From the NCBI GenBank assembly GCA_038153405.1, contig JAYOYH010000001.1, forward strand, positions 160,156 to 224,155: a stretch of DNA of 64,000 bases, written 5' to 3'. This document shows positions 20,233 through 28,843 of this stretch, in pieces (within the stretch, counting starts at the first letter, position 1; every line of letters begins with the position of its first letter). This stretch comes from Gemmatimonadota bacterium (GTDB taxonomy: Bacteria; Latescibacterota; UBA2968; UBA8231). Below the pieces are notes generated by a model. That model made no database searches. It was not told where the DNA came from and was given only the letters and a program-made list of their open reading frames with translations. The translations under genes and the position numbers were made by a program.

Positions 20233-20246
20233 GGTGTAAAAAAAAT

Positions 20247-20273
20247 TAAAGCGCGCCTAATCGCAGTCGATAA
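20247..20273 (+). promoter_or_regulatory. sigma28 (FliA) promoter of flagellin 2
   Basis: TAAA-N15-GTCGATAA. Confidence 0.8.
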
Positions 20274-20369
20274 ATAGAGTAGTGTTAGGTTGTGTCAAAT
20301 GATATTAAGTAATATCAACCGTAGAAAGGAATCTACGGAGTAGAGCCACCAGACAAGGAGGTTTTGGTT

Positions 20370-21539
20370 ATGGCCCTTACGATGAATGTAAACAATAACA
20401 TAGCTGCTCTAAATACCCATCGACACATGGGTGCAAACAGCAAAGATCTAGGAACCCGTTTGGAGCGCCTATCGTCGGGTATGCGCATCAACAACGCCGA
20501 TGACGATGCGGCTGGTCTGTCGATCTCGGAAGGTTTCCGCGCGCAGATTACGGGTTTGAGCATGGGGGTTCGCAACGCCGAAATGGGTTCGAATTTAGTT
20601 CAGGTTGCCGAAGGTTCACTTGGCGAAGTGAGCTCGATGCTCATCCGCATGCGCGAGTTGGCGGTGCAATCGTCGACCAGCACGATGAATGACCGCAATC
20701 GCGAATCGATCGAAGCGGAAGTCAATCAGCTCAAACAGGAGATCGATCGGATCGCTCAGTCCACAGTATACAATGATCAGGCCCTGCTGACGGGGACGGG
20801 TTACCAGCCCGATCTGACTACGTCTACGGCAATCACGGATGCAGCAGACACCGGGGTCAAGAACATTACTACGTCCGGCACGCCCTCCGGCAACTATACG
20901 ATCGATGACCACGGCGATGGTACGATGACCATTGGCAACGGCACGGTGAGCCAGACTATTCGCTTTGCCACCCAGCTCGACGGCGATCAGGTTGCCACGG
21001 GCACGACGGCCGTTCTCAACTTCGATCGACTGGGTATACAGATTACGCTGGCCGGTCCGGAAGTAGAGGATGTGGATGGCAACTACGAGGTCGGCGACTT
21101 GGACGGCAAGACGGTTGATATATCGGGTGATAACAGTGGTTGGTCATTCCAGGTCGGTGCCGACGACACGAGCGAAGATCGCATCGATGTGGCCATAGAG
21201 GATATGCGCGCCAGCGGCTCGTACCTGAACCTGAATACCGTCTCGCTGGGCACGCAGGACAGTGCGCGCGAGTCGATTGCCAAACTCGATACCGCTATTC
21301 AACGCGTGGCACAGACGCGAGGCGATCTCGGTTCGGTGCTCAACCGCCTTGAACACACGATAAACTTTACGGACAACTCTATAGAAAACAACACCAACTC
21401 TGAGGCAACGCTGCGCGACGCAGACATGGCGATGGAGGTTACGCGCCTCACCCGTGTTCAGGTACTGAGCCAGGCGGCCAACGCCATGCTGGCCCAGGCT
21501 AATGCGACGCCGCAGGCGGCACTGGGTCTATTGCAGTAG
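20370..21539 (+). CDS. fliC: Flagellin 2
   Basis: Flagellin N- and C-terminal domains (ERLSSGMRINNADDDAAG; NRLEHT...RDADMAME); AAGGAGG RBS. Confidence 0.96.
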   Translation: MALTMNVNNNIAALNTHRHMGANSKDLGTRLERLSSGMRINNADDDAAGLSISEGFRAQITGLSMGVRNAEMGSNLVQVAEGSLGEVSSMLIRMRELAVQSSTSTMNDRNRESIEAEVNQLKQEIDRIAQSTVYNDQALLTGTGYQPDLTTSTAITDAADTGVKNITTSGTPSGNYTIDDHGDGTMTIGNGTVSQTIRFATQLDGDQVATGTTAVLNFDRLGIQITLAGPEVEDVDGNYEVGDLDGKTVDISGDNSGWSFQVGADDTSEDRIDVAIEDMRASGSYLNLNTVSLGTQDSARESIAKLDTAIQRVAQTRGDLGSVLNRLEHTINFTDNSIENNTNSEATLRDADMAMEVTRLTRVQVLSQAANAMLAQANATPQAALGLLQ

Positions 21540-21558
21540 GTTGGTCGAGTACTGCCTG

Positions 21559-21585
21559 TAAAGCTGAAGGCTTTGAGGCCGATAT
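21559..21585 (+). promoter_or_regulatory. sigma28 promoter (upstream copy of a tandem pair)
   Basis: TAAA-N15-GCCGATAT. Confidence 0.75.
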
Positions 21586-21602
21586 ATATTTGAGAGCGAT
21601 TT

Positions 21603-21633
21603 AACTGGGGGACGAGGGCGTCCCTCAGTTTTC
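21603..21633 (+). terminator. Hairpin / probable intrinsic terminator after flagellin 2
   Basis: AACTGGGGGACG-AGGG-CGTCCCTCAGTT followed by a short T run. Confidence 0.65.
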
Positions 21634-21659
21634 GCCGTATAGGTATTGAGAGAAAAAAT

Positions 21660-21687
21660 TAAAGATTGCCATTTCGGATGCCGATAA
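21660..21687 (+). promoter_or_regulatory. sigma28 promoter of flagellin 3
   Basis: TAAA-N16-GCCGATAA. Confidence 0.8.
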
Positions 21688-21859
21688 ATCGCATAGATGT
21701 ATGTAACTCGGCATCTTAAAGAAGGAGGTGCGTAGCGCGTTTGGGTTCACGAGTTGTATTATTTGACGGATCGGGTACTAAAGCCCTGTTGGGGAACAGG
21801 GCTATAACACATGGCATGGATGCCGTTTAAGAGCTTGTTAAACAAGGAGGTTCGACTAA

Positions 21860-23014
21860 ATGCCACTTCGAGTAAATAACAATATTGCCGCCATCAATTC
21901 CAAGCGGCAATTAAACGCCAACAACCGCATGCTCGGACAGAAGCTGGAGCGATTAGCCTCTGGTTTGCGGGTTAACCGAGCTGCTGACGATGCCGCCGGT
22001 CTTTCCGTCCGCGAAGGTATGCGTGCGGAAATTTCGGGTTTGAAGGTGAACGTCAGCAACGCCGAACAGGCGACGAACCTCATCCAGGTGGCCGAAGGGT
22101 CACTTAATGAGGTCAACGCTATATTGGTGCGCATGCGCGAATTGGCGGTGCAGTCGTCTTCGAGCACGGTCACCGATCAGAACCGCGAGGCGATCCAGGC
22201 TGAGTTTTCGCAGCTGACGCAGGAAATCGATCGCATCGCCCAGGCGACCAGTTACAATAACCAGACGCTGTTGACTGGTTTTGGTAATAGGGTCGACGAA
22301 GGCGCTTCTACTGCGTTGGATGAAGCCAAGGGCGTCACGGATATTCGCGTGTCCGGCGCTGGCGCAGGCACTTATACGTTTGAAGATGCGGAGGACGGCG
22401 AATTGACGCTGGGCAACGGCAACGTTACCCAGACCATTCGCTTGGCTTCACAATTGGATGGCGATACGGTTGCCGATGGTTCAAAGATCATAGCTAACTT
22501 TGATCGCCTCGGCATTCAGGTAACCCTAGCTGGCGATGGGATAGCTGATAGTATCACGGCCTATACTGACGACGCGCTGAATGATGCTGAAATAGTGATA
22601 GAAGAAGCCACGGGCGGCTCGTTTCAGGTAGGGCCCACCGACAGTGCTTTCAATCGCATTGAAGTCAGCGTCGGCGATATGACTGCGACGGGGGATAAGC
22701 TCAATCTGGATGCGGCCTCGGTCGCCACCATTTCTTCGGCTCGCGAGTCGATAACGACGATTGATTTAGCGATCACTGAGGTTGCGGCCGAGCGTGGAAA
22801 CTTGGGTGCCTTTCAGAACCGTCTCTCATTCACCATTGCGTATACGGAGAACGAGATTGAGAATATTCAGGCTTCCGAAGCATCTATTAGCGATGCCGAC
22901 GTAGCATCGGAAGTAACGGAGTTCACGCGTGCGCAGATTCTCAGCCAGGCTTCTACGGCTATGTTGGCTCAGGCCAACGTAATCCCGCAGAATGCGCTGG
23001 CCCTACTGCAGTAA
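21860..23014 (+). CDS. fliC: Flagellin 3 (probably the major flagellin; heads flaG-fliD-fliS)
   Basis: ERLASGLRVNRAADDAAG; LGAFQNRL; FTRAQILSQASTAMLAQAN. Confidence 0.97.
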   Translation: MPLRVNNNIAAINSKRQLNANNRMLGQKLERLASGLRVNRAADDAAGLSVREGMRAEISGLKVNVSNAEQATNLIQVAEGSLNEVNAILVRMRELAVQSSSSTVTDQNREAIQAEFSQLTQEIDRIAQATSYNNQTLLTGFGNRVDEGASTALDEAKGVTDIRVSGAGAGTYTFEDAEDGELTLGNGNVTQTIRLASQLDGDTVADGSKIIANFDRLGIQVTLAGDGIADSITAYTDDALNDAEIVIEEATGGSFQVGPTDSAFNRIEVSVGDMTATGDKLNLDAASVATISSARESITTIDLAITEVAAERGNLGAFQNRLSFTIAYTENEIENIQASEASISDADVASEVTEFTRAQILSQASTAMLAQANVIPQNALALLQ

Positions 23015-23116
23015 CATTCTTGGGTATAGGGCGCGGTCGAGCACGCCGTTGCACGCCGCGCCCTGTATCTCAGGGCTTTATCAAGCATGGCATCCTCTCA
23101 GTGAGAGGTAAACATT

Positions 23117-23482
23117 ATGATTGACATCAATTCGGCGATTGACCATATAAGACAGACGGAAGTGCAACAAGCTTCTTCTGGTGCTTTGCCGGAAGCGAAT
23201 GCGAACGAAGAGGTTAAGGCCGATGGCGCCGCCCCCAAGGCGACGGGGCCCGAGCCCAATATCGAACGCACTCGCGCCCGAGTTGCAGAGTTGAGCAAGG
23301 CGATGGAAGAACTTGAAGGCAATTATTCGGTCTCTGTCGACGATGATACGGGTATGGTAGTCGTACGCATCACAGACACGGAAACCGGCGATATCATCAA
23401 GCAGGTTCCGCCGCAGCAGGTCTTGGATGCAGACGTCAGTTTAGATAGGATAATTGGTTTGTTGGTAAACGATCAAGCCTGA
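23117..23482 (+). CDS. flaG: FlaG family protein
   Basis: SVDDDTGMVVVRITDTETGDIIKQVPPQQVL...GLLVNDQA. Confidence 0.9.
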   Translation: MIDINSAIDHIRQTEVQQASSGALPEANANEEVKADGAAPKATGPEPNIERTRARVAELSKAMEELEGNYSVSVDDDTGMVVVRITDTETGDIIKQVPPQQVLDADVSLDRIIGLLVNDQA

Positions 23483-23505
23483 AGTGCCGAGTGGCACTTC
23501 AGGCT
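23476..23505 (+). other. Perfect 13-bp hairpin between flaG and fliD (no U-tract)
   Basis: AGCCTGAAGTGCC-GAGT-GGCACTTCAGGCT. Confidence 0.7.
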
Positions 23506-23551
23506 GCTGTACTAGCGGTGTCCCATATTTAGACCTGGATAGTGATTAGAG

Positions 23552-26500
23552 ATGTCCCAAGGAATATCATTCTCGGGTCTGGGCTCCGGCCTCGATACGG
23601 ACAGTATTATATCGCAGCTCTTAAGTATTGAGCGCCGTCCCATATCCCTGATACAGCAGCGCCAGGCGACCCTGGAGCAGCAGAAGAGCGTTCTCAACTC
23701 GATCAATTCGAGCCTGATCTCGCTGCAGGGAGCGACCGAAAACCTGGCTACCGACGAGGTCTTCTCCATCGTCAGCGCCAAGTCAGACGACAGTGCGCGC
23801 GTATCGGTTGATGCCAGCAACGAGGCTGCCGCCGGCAATTTCAGCGTGGAAGTGCTGGAGTTGGCCAAGGCGCGCCGCCTGTCCTCTCGCTCTTTTTCCA
23901 GCCTGTCGGAATCCCTTAATGCAAGCGGTGAATTCGTCGTTAACGGCAAGGGTATAGAAATCGAAGCCGACGACGATCTGCTGGATATTCGCGACAAAAT
24001 CAATGCGGCTGACGCCGGAGTTACCGCCCAGTTACTCACGGTTTCCACTGGCGATAGCCGCCTTATTCTGACGGCCGACGAGGTGGGGAGCAACGGATTT
24101 TCCATTCAGGATGCCAGCACGACCGATGTGCTGCAGAGCCTGGGCTTCACTTCGAGCGGCACCAGCATAAAGAACGCTTTCAACAACGGCGCCCGCAGTA
24201 GCCAGTTTCTGGCCGCCGACGAGGCGATCGGCCAACTGCTATCACTGGGGTCGCCGCCGGCCGGCACCGTTAAAGTGGACGATGCCGAAATCGAAATCGA
24301 CCTATCGGCCGACTCCCTCAATTCTATTCGCGACAAAATCAACGACGCCGGTATCGAAGGCGTTACGGCATCAATTGCCACTAGCGACGTCGACGGGATT
24401 ACGCGCTACGAGCTCGAGATTGAGGGAACGACCTCTCTGGCCGACGACGGCGGCATATTGGAGACCCTCGGCGCTCTGTCCAACGGCGGCGCTTTGGACA
24501 ATCCCATCGCATCGGGTGCTGAAAGCGATGCATTTGTCAGCAGCAGCACGGCGTTGGGCTCGCTGTTGGGCCTGGCCAATGGCCCGTCGGGTGCGGTGCA
24601 AATTGCCGGGCGAACGATCGATATCAATCTGGCAGAGGATTCGCTTAGCGATATTCAGACACGAATTAACGACGCGGGGGCCGAAGGCGTATCGGCGACG
24701 ATTGTCAGCTCGAGCGACGACGATGGCAATGCGTCGCTGCAGCTGCGCATCATCGGCACGACCGAGCTGACCGACGACGGCAACGTCCTCGAGTCCATCG
24801 GCATTCTCGTCGGCTCAAATAATGCCTTCGAAAGCGTGGCGCAGGTGCTGACGTCGAACGCTTCGCTAGAGGAGAAGGGGGCGCTCGTGCACGCCACCGG
24901 CAACGGCGCAAAGACCGATGCCCTCGCCAGCGACGCCGACGTCATTGGTGGTCTCATCGACTCGACGGCCGCCGGCACAGTGTCCATCGGCGATGCGGTC
25001 GTGGAAATCGACTTGGCTACTGATTCGCTCAACGATATTCGCGATAAGATTAATCTGGCCGCGCCTACCGGCGTTACCGCTGCGGTGAATGTGACCGATT
25101 CCGGCGAATTTGAACTGGAAGTTAGCGGCACGAGCGATTTTGTCGACGACGGCGGCGTGCTCAATGCACTGGGCGTGACCGAAGAATCCACGGCGATTAG
25201 CGCGGATACGCGGTTTGCCAATATCCTAGGGGCTGGAGTGCAGGCCGGCGATACGATCTCGATCAGCGGCACCAATAAGGACGGCGATCAGATCTCCAGC
25301 ACGTTCACCATCAGCAACGGCAATGTGAAGGTGCAGAACTTGCTCAATAGCATAGAGCAGGCTTTCGGCAATTCCGTCGATGCTTCGCTCGATGGATCGG
25401 GACGCATCGTCCTGCGCGATGGCGAGGCGGGAACCAGTAAATTGACCCTGAGCCTGCAGGCCAATAACGAGAGCGGCGGCAGCCTGGCGCTGGGCGGTAT
25501 GGCGCGGACGACTTCGGGCAGCGATGCCCGTTCGTCGGAACTACAGGCCGGTCAGGACGCTATGTTCCGCATCAACGGCATTGAGCTGAATCGCGCGACC
25601 AACACCATTACCGATGCCGTGCAGGGCGTTACGCTCAACCTACTGGAAGCCGAAGAGGGCGAGCTAATTAATATCACCGTCGACAAGGACGATACCTCGG
25701 CGCTGCGCGACAATATTGGCTCCTTCGTCGATCAGTTTAATACGGCGATGGATCTCATCAACGAGCAGTTTGCCTATGATGAAACGTCCCAGAGGGCGGG
25801 GCCAATGGCCGGCGACTCCACGCTGCTCTCTTTGCAGTCGCGCCTGCGCTCGGTCGTCACGTCGCAGGTCGACGGTCTGGACGAAGGCTTTAACGCGCTG
25901 GTATTGGTCGGGATCAATTTCGACCGCAACGGGCGTCTACAGATCGACGAAGAGCGCCTGACTGAGGTGCTCAACGAAAACCTCGAGGATGTGCGCAAGC
26001 TGTTTGTTGCCCAGGGCAGTACCGATAATGGTGACGTCGATTTTGTATCTTCTAATTCGCGGACTAAGGCGGGCAATTACAGCGTTTCCGTCACTCAGGC
26101 CGCTGGGCGGGCTTCGCTGGTTGGCAGCGTGGAGTTCAACGGTGTCCTAAGCGAAGACCAGGAACTTGAGGTCCTCGATAAGGTTACGGGCAAGCTGACG
26201 CGGATACAGCTCAGCGCGGGAGACAACCTCAATTCGATTGTCAGCCAGATTAACACGGATATGGCCAGCGATATCGCCGAGGTGCGGCGTGCCTCGATCG
26301 CCAATACGACCGATGGCAATACGGCGATTCTCGCTTCGACTGCATTTGCCGACATCTTTGGTGCCGGCGTGCAAAATGGTGATACGATCCGCATCAACGG
26401 CACTACGCACGATGGTTCTAGTCTTTCGCGCACCTTCACCATTGAAGACGCATCGACGACGACGGTGGGCGATATGCTGGCTGAAGTGCGCAGGATGTTT

Positions 26501-27208
26501 GGCGGTCGGGTCAGTGCCAATATCGATTCCGAAGGTCGCATTGTCGTATCGGATAACCAAGTCGGCAATAGCAGTTTGACGCTGACGCTGGTCGAGGAGA
26601 ACGAGGGGGGGGGCAGTCTGAACTTCGGCAGCATCGAAGTCGAGAGCGAGGGACGCCTTGGACTGGATATTACGGCCAGCAATCGGGATAACCGACTCGT
26701 TATTGAACACAACGGCTTTGGCGCGCGCAACGGCTTTACGATCGGCGCTGATCTGGCTGAACTGGGTCTCAGCGCTGGCGGCGTCGAAGGCAAGGACGTG
26801 CAGGGGGAAATCGACGGGCAAGAAGCCGACGGATTCGGCCGCATTCTCACCGGGAAAATTGGCGCAGAGAACGTCGATAGCCTGTCGCTGCGCATCAATT
26901 TGGACGAGGGCGAACTGGCCGAGTCGGGTGCAGACCGAGGCAGCGTCAACCTAATTTTTGGCGTCGGGCGCCTGTTGGCCGATGAGCTAAAGGCGATCAC
27001 CGATTCGTTTGATGGGACGATTAAAAATCGCGAAAAAGCCATTGTCGACACCATTGATGATCTGGATTCGCGCATCGCGGATATGGAGCGGCGCGTTGAA
27101 CAGAAGCGACTCAGTCTTGTGGGGCGTTTCGCTTCTTTGGAGGGCAGTATTGCTACGCTGCAATCGCAGGGCAACTTTCTCAGCAACCAGCTCGCTGGGC
27201 TGAGATAG
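23552..27208 (+). CDS. fliD: Filament cap protein FliD, repeat-expanded (1,218 aa)
   Basis: ISFSGLGSGLDTDSIISQLL; QAGQDAMFRING...NTITDAVQGVTLNL; FVDQFN; C-terminal RFASLEGSIATLQSQGNFL. Confidence 0.95.
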   Translation: MSQGISFSGLGSGLDTDSIISQLLSIERRPISLIQQRQATLEQQKSVLNSINSSLISLQGATENLATDEVFSIVSAKSDDSARVSVDASNEAAAGNFSVEVLELAKARRLSSRSFSSLSESLNASGEFVVNGKGIEIEADDDLLDIRDKINAADAGVTAQLLTVSTGDSRLILTADEVGSNGFSIQDASTTDVLQSLGFTSSGTSIKNAFNNGARSSQFLAADEAIGQLLSLGSPPAGTVKVDDAEIEIDLSADSLNSIRDKINDAGIEGVTASIATSDVDGITRYELEIEGTTSLADDGGILETLGALSNGGALDNPIASGAESDAFVSSSTALGSLLGLANGPSGAVQIAGRTIDINLAEDSLSDIQTRINDAGAEGVSATIVSSSDDDGNASLQLRIIGTTELTDDGNVLESIGILVGSNNAFESVAQVLTSNASLEEKGALVHATGNGAKTDALASDADVIGGLIDSTAAGTVSIGDAVVEIDLATDSLNDIRDKINLAAPTGVTAAVNVTDSGEFELEVSGTSDFVDDGGVLNALGVTEESTAISADTRFANILGAGVQAGDTISISGTNKDGDQISSTFTISNGNVKVQNLLNSIEQAFGNSVDASLDGSGRIVLRDGEAGTSKLTLSLQANNESGGSLALGGMARTTSGSDARSSELQAGQDAMFRINGIELNRATNTITDAVQGVTLNLLEAEEGELINITVDKDDTSALRDNIGSFVDQFNTAMDLINEQFAYDETSQRAGPMAGDSTLLSLQSRLRSVVTSQVDGLDEGFNALVLVGINFDRNGRLQIDEERLTEVLNENLEDVRKLFVAQGSTDNGDVDFVSSNSRTKAGNYSVSVTQAAGRASLVGSVEFNGVLSEDQELEVLDKVTGKLTRIQLSAGDNLNSIVSQINTDMASDIAEVRRASIANTTDGNTAILASTAFADIFGAGVQNGDTIRINGTTHDGSSLSRTFTIEDASTTTVGDMLAEVRRMFGGRVSANIDSEGRIVVSDNQVGNSSLTLTLVEENEGGGSLNFGSIEVESEGRLGLDITASNRDNRLVIEHNGFGARNGFTIGADLAELGLSAGGVEGKDVQGEIDGQEADGFGRILTGKIGAENVDSLSLRINLDEGELAESGADRGSVNLIFGVGRLLADELKAITDSFDGTIKNREKAIVDTIDDLDSRIADMERRVEQKRLSLVGRFASLEGSIATLQSQGNFLSNQLAGLR

Positions 27209-27221
27209 CCGCAGGGGGAGA

Positions 27222-27671
27222 ATGAATCAAACGATGAATAAAGGCGCGTACAAGCAGTATAACCAGGTACAAATCAAAACGGCCAATCGCGGTAAGTTGA
27301 TCGTCATGCTCTACCAGGGAGCCATTCGCTTTATGAAAAAAGCGATATTGCACCTAGAGCAAAAAGACATGGAAGGCAAGGGCAATGCGCTGATCCGCGC
27401 GCAAGATATCATACTCGAATTGACCTATGCGCTCGATCAGCAGCTGCTGGAAAAGGGCGATGAACTGGCCGTCAATCTGCAGCGCCTCTACTTGTATTCG
27501 TACCGCAGGCTCGTACATGCCAATATGCGCATGGAAACGGAGCCGATCGAAGAGGTGATCAAGCTGATGGAAAATCTGCTGCAGGCCTGGGAGCAGGTCG
27601 TGCAGGGGGAGGGAGGTGGACCGAGTGGAGAGGCTCCAACGGCATCCACCGGATTGGTATTGACGGGCTAA
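27222..27671 (+). CDS. fliS: Flagellin export chaperone FliS
   Basis: AYKQY..VQIKTANRGKLIVMLYQGAIRF...RAQDIILEL...NLQRLYLY...AW. Confidence 0.96.
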   Translation: MNQTMNKGAYKQYNQVQIKTANRGKLIVMLYQGAIRFMKKAILHLEQKDMEGKGNALIRAQDIILELTYALDQQLLEKGDELAVNLQRLYLYSYRRLVHANMRMETEPIEEVIKLMENLLQAWEQVVQGEGGGPSGEAPTASTGLVLTG

Positions 27672-28088
27672 ATGGCGACGAAGACCCATAGCGCAGAGAC
27701 GATGCGGCTGCTCGACGAACAGTGCCGTGCCTACGGCGATATGTTCGAGGTGGGCAAGAAGCAGCGCGCCTGCATAGAGCAGCAGGATTACGAGGCGCTC
27801 GAACAGGCCTTTTCCGAGATGCATAGGCTGATGGACGAAGTGCGCCTGCGCCAGCAGAGACTGCCCGATCTGGACGCGAGCGAGCAGGCCGTAGAACTGC
27901 GCATAGAACGCATGCGCGACTGGCTGCTGCGACTGCAGGACCAGCGCACTGCAACGCAGTCGCTCGCCGAGGAGATGCTGCGTCTCAATCGCGAAGAATT
28001 TCGGCAGATTGGTCGCGGTCGGCGCGCTGCCCGAGGCTATAAAACGGCCCCCGCTACCGGTGCGCGACTCTATGATGGAACGCGATAG
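27672..28088 (+). CDS. Helical FliT/FlgN-like flagellar chaperone
   Basis: Abuts fliS; 138-aa all-helical protein ending GRRAARGY...LYD. Confidence 0.55.
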   Translation: MATKTHSAETMRLLDEQCRAYGDMFEVGKKQRACIEQQDYEALEQAFSEMHRLMDEVRLRQQRLPDLDASEQAVELRIERMRDWLLRLQDQRTATQSLAEEMLRLNREEFRQIGRGRRAARGYKTAPATGARLYDGTR

Positions 28089-28158
28089 GTTGTATTTTCC
28101 GAAGCGCCTCCCTATATTGGCCCCAGACGGCCCGCGCGATGTTTTTTTGCATTTTGGC

Positions 28159-28185
28159 TAAAGTTTTAGACAACGTTGCCGATAG
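28159..28185 (+). promoter_or_regulatory. sigma28 promoter of flgM
   Basis: TAAA-N15-GCCGATAG; a housekeeping-type TTGTAT-N17-TATATT also lies at 28090-28118. Confidence 0.8.
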
Positions 28186-28229
28186 ATACTAGTAGAAGCG
28201 GGTTTTACACTTAGAGAAGAGGCCCAAAG

Positions 28230-28685
28230 ATGCGGATAGACGGATTATCGCATCAGCCGAAGATTTCACAGTCTCAGCAGCGCGGCGCTCCAGTTCGTAG
28301 TAAGAGCGAAGGCGAGCGTGCTGACGACGTGGTCGAGATCTCGCAAGGAGCAAAAGAAGTTTCCGAACTCAGTGCTCTGGCGCGCGCTGAATCGACGGAG
28401 ACCAATCCTCGAATTGACGAGATTAAGCAGCGCGTCGAGTCTGGGTATTACAACGCGCGCCAAGTCCGTGAGCAAATCGCCGACTCGCTCCTCGAATCCA
28501 GCAGCGTGCAGTCCGAAGTAGCGGACATCGCCGTTTTTAAGGGGGCGCAACAGCAGCTGGAAAACGTGCCTGACGTGCGCGAAAATAGAGTGAATGAGGC
28601 TCGTCAGCGCGTGGAGAGTGGATTCTACGATCAGACAGAAGTCCGGCTGGAAACGGCAGATCGCATACTGGATGAGATGGCCTAG
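28230..28685 (+). CDS. flgM: Anti-sigma28 factor FlgM with duplicated C-terminal module
   Basis: DVVEIS motif, then RIDEIKQRVESGYY...IADSLL and a second DVRENRVNEARQRVESGFY...TADRIL. Confidence 0.82.
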   Translation: MRIDGLSHQPKISQSQQRGAPVRSKSEGERADDVVEISQGAKEVSELSALARAESTETNPRIDEIKQRVESGYYNARQVREQIADSLLESSSVQSEVADIAVFKGAQQQLENVPDVRENRVNEARQRVESGFYDQTEVRLETADRILDEMA

Positions 28686-28708
28686 CGATCTGGCGATACG
28701 AAGATCAC

Positions 28709-28747
28709 AAAATGGCGATGCCTGCGGGCGTCGCCATTTTTGTGTTT
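28709..28747 (+). terminator. Intrinsic terminator ending the flagellar cluster
   Basis: AAAATGGCGATGCC-TGCG-GGCGTCGCCATTTT then TGTGTTT. Confidence 0.8.
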
Positions 28748-28843
28748 ATAGCAGCGCGTCGCCATATTGCACTGGGCGTACCGGCATGGCAATGCAATGA
28801 GTATCGGCCGGCAGTTGAAAGAGCATAGGCGGGGAGTAGAGCG

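Noticed and set aside
21740..21830. TTG-start uORF of ~29 codons after AAGGAGG in the flagellin 3 leader
   Set aside because: SD-start spacing of ~12 nt and a weak start codon; the AAGGA is more simply a CsrA site
26095..27186. Long antisense and alternative-frame ORFs (e.g. 26095-27186, 34266-35240, 12538-13404, and the 5' extension of 37094-38149)
   Set aside because: Shadow ORFs of well-supported genes in GC-rich DNA, with no recognisable motifs
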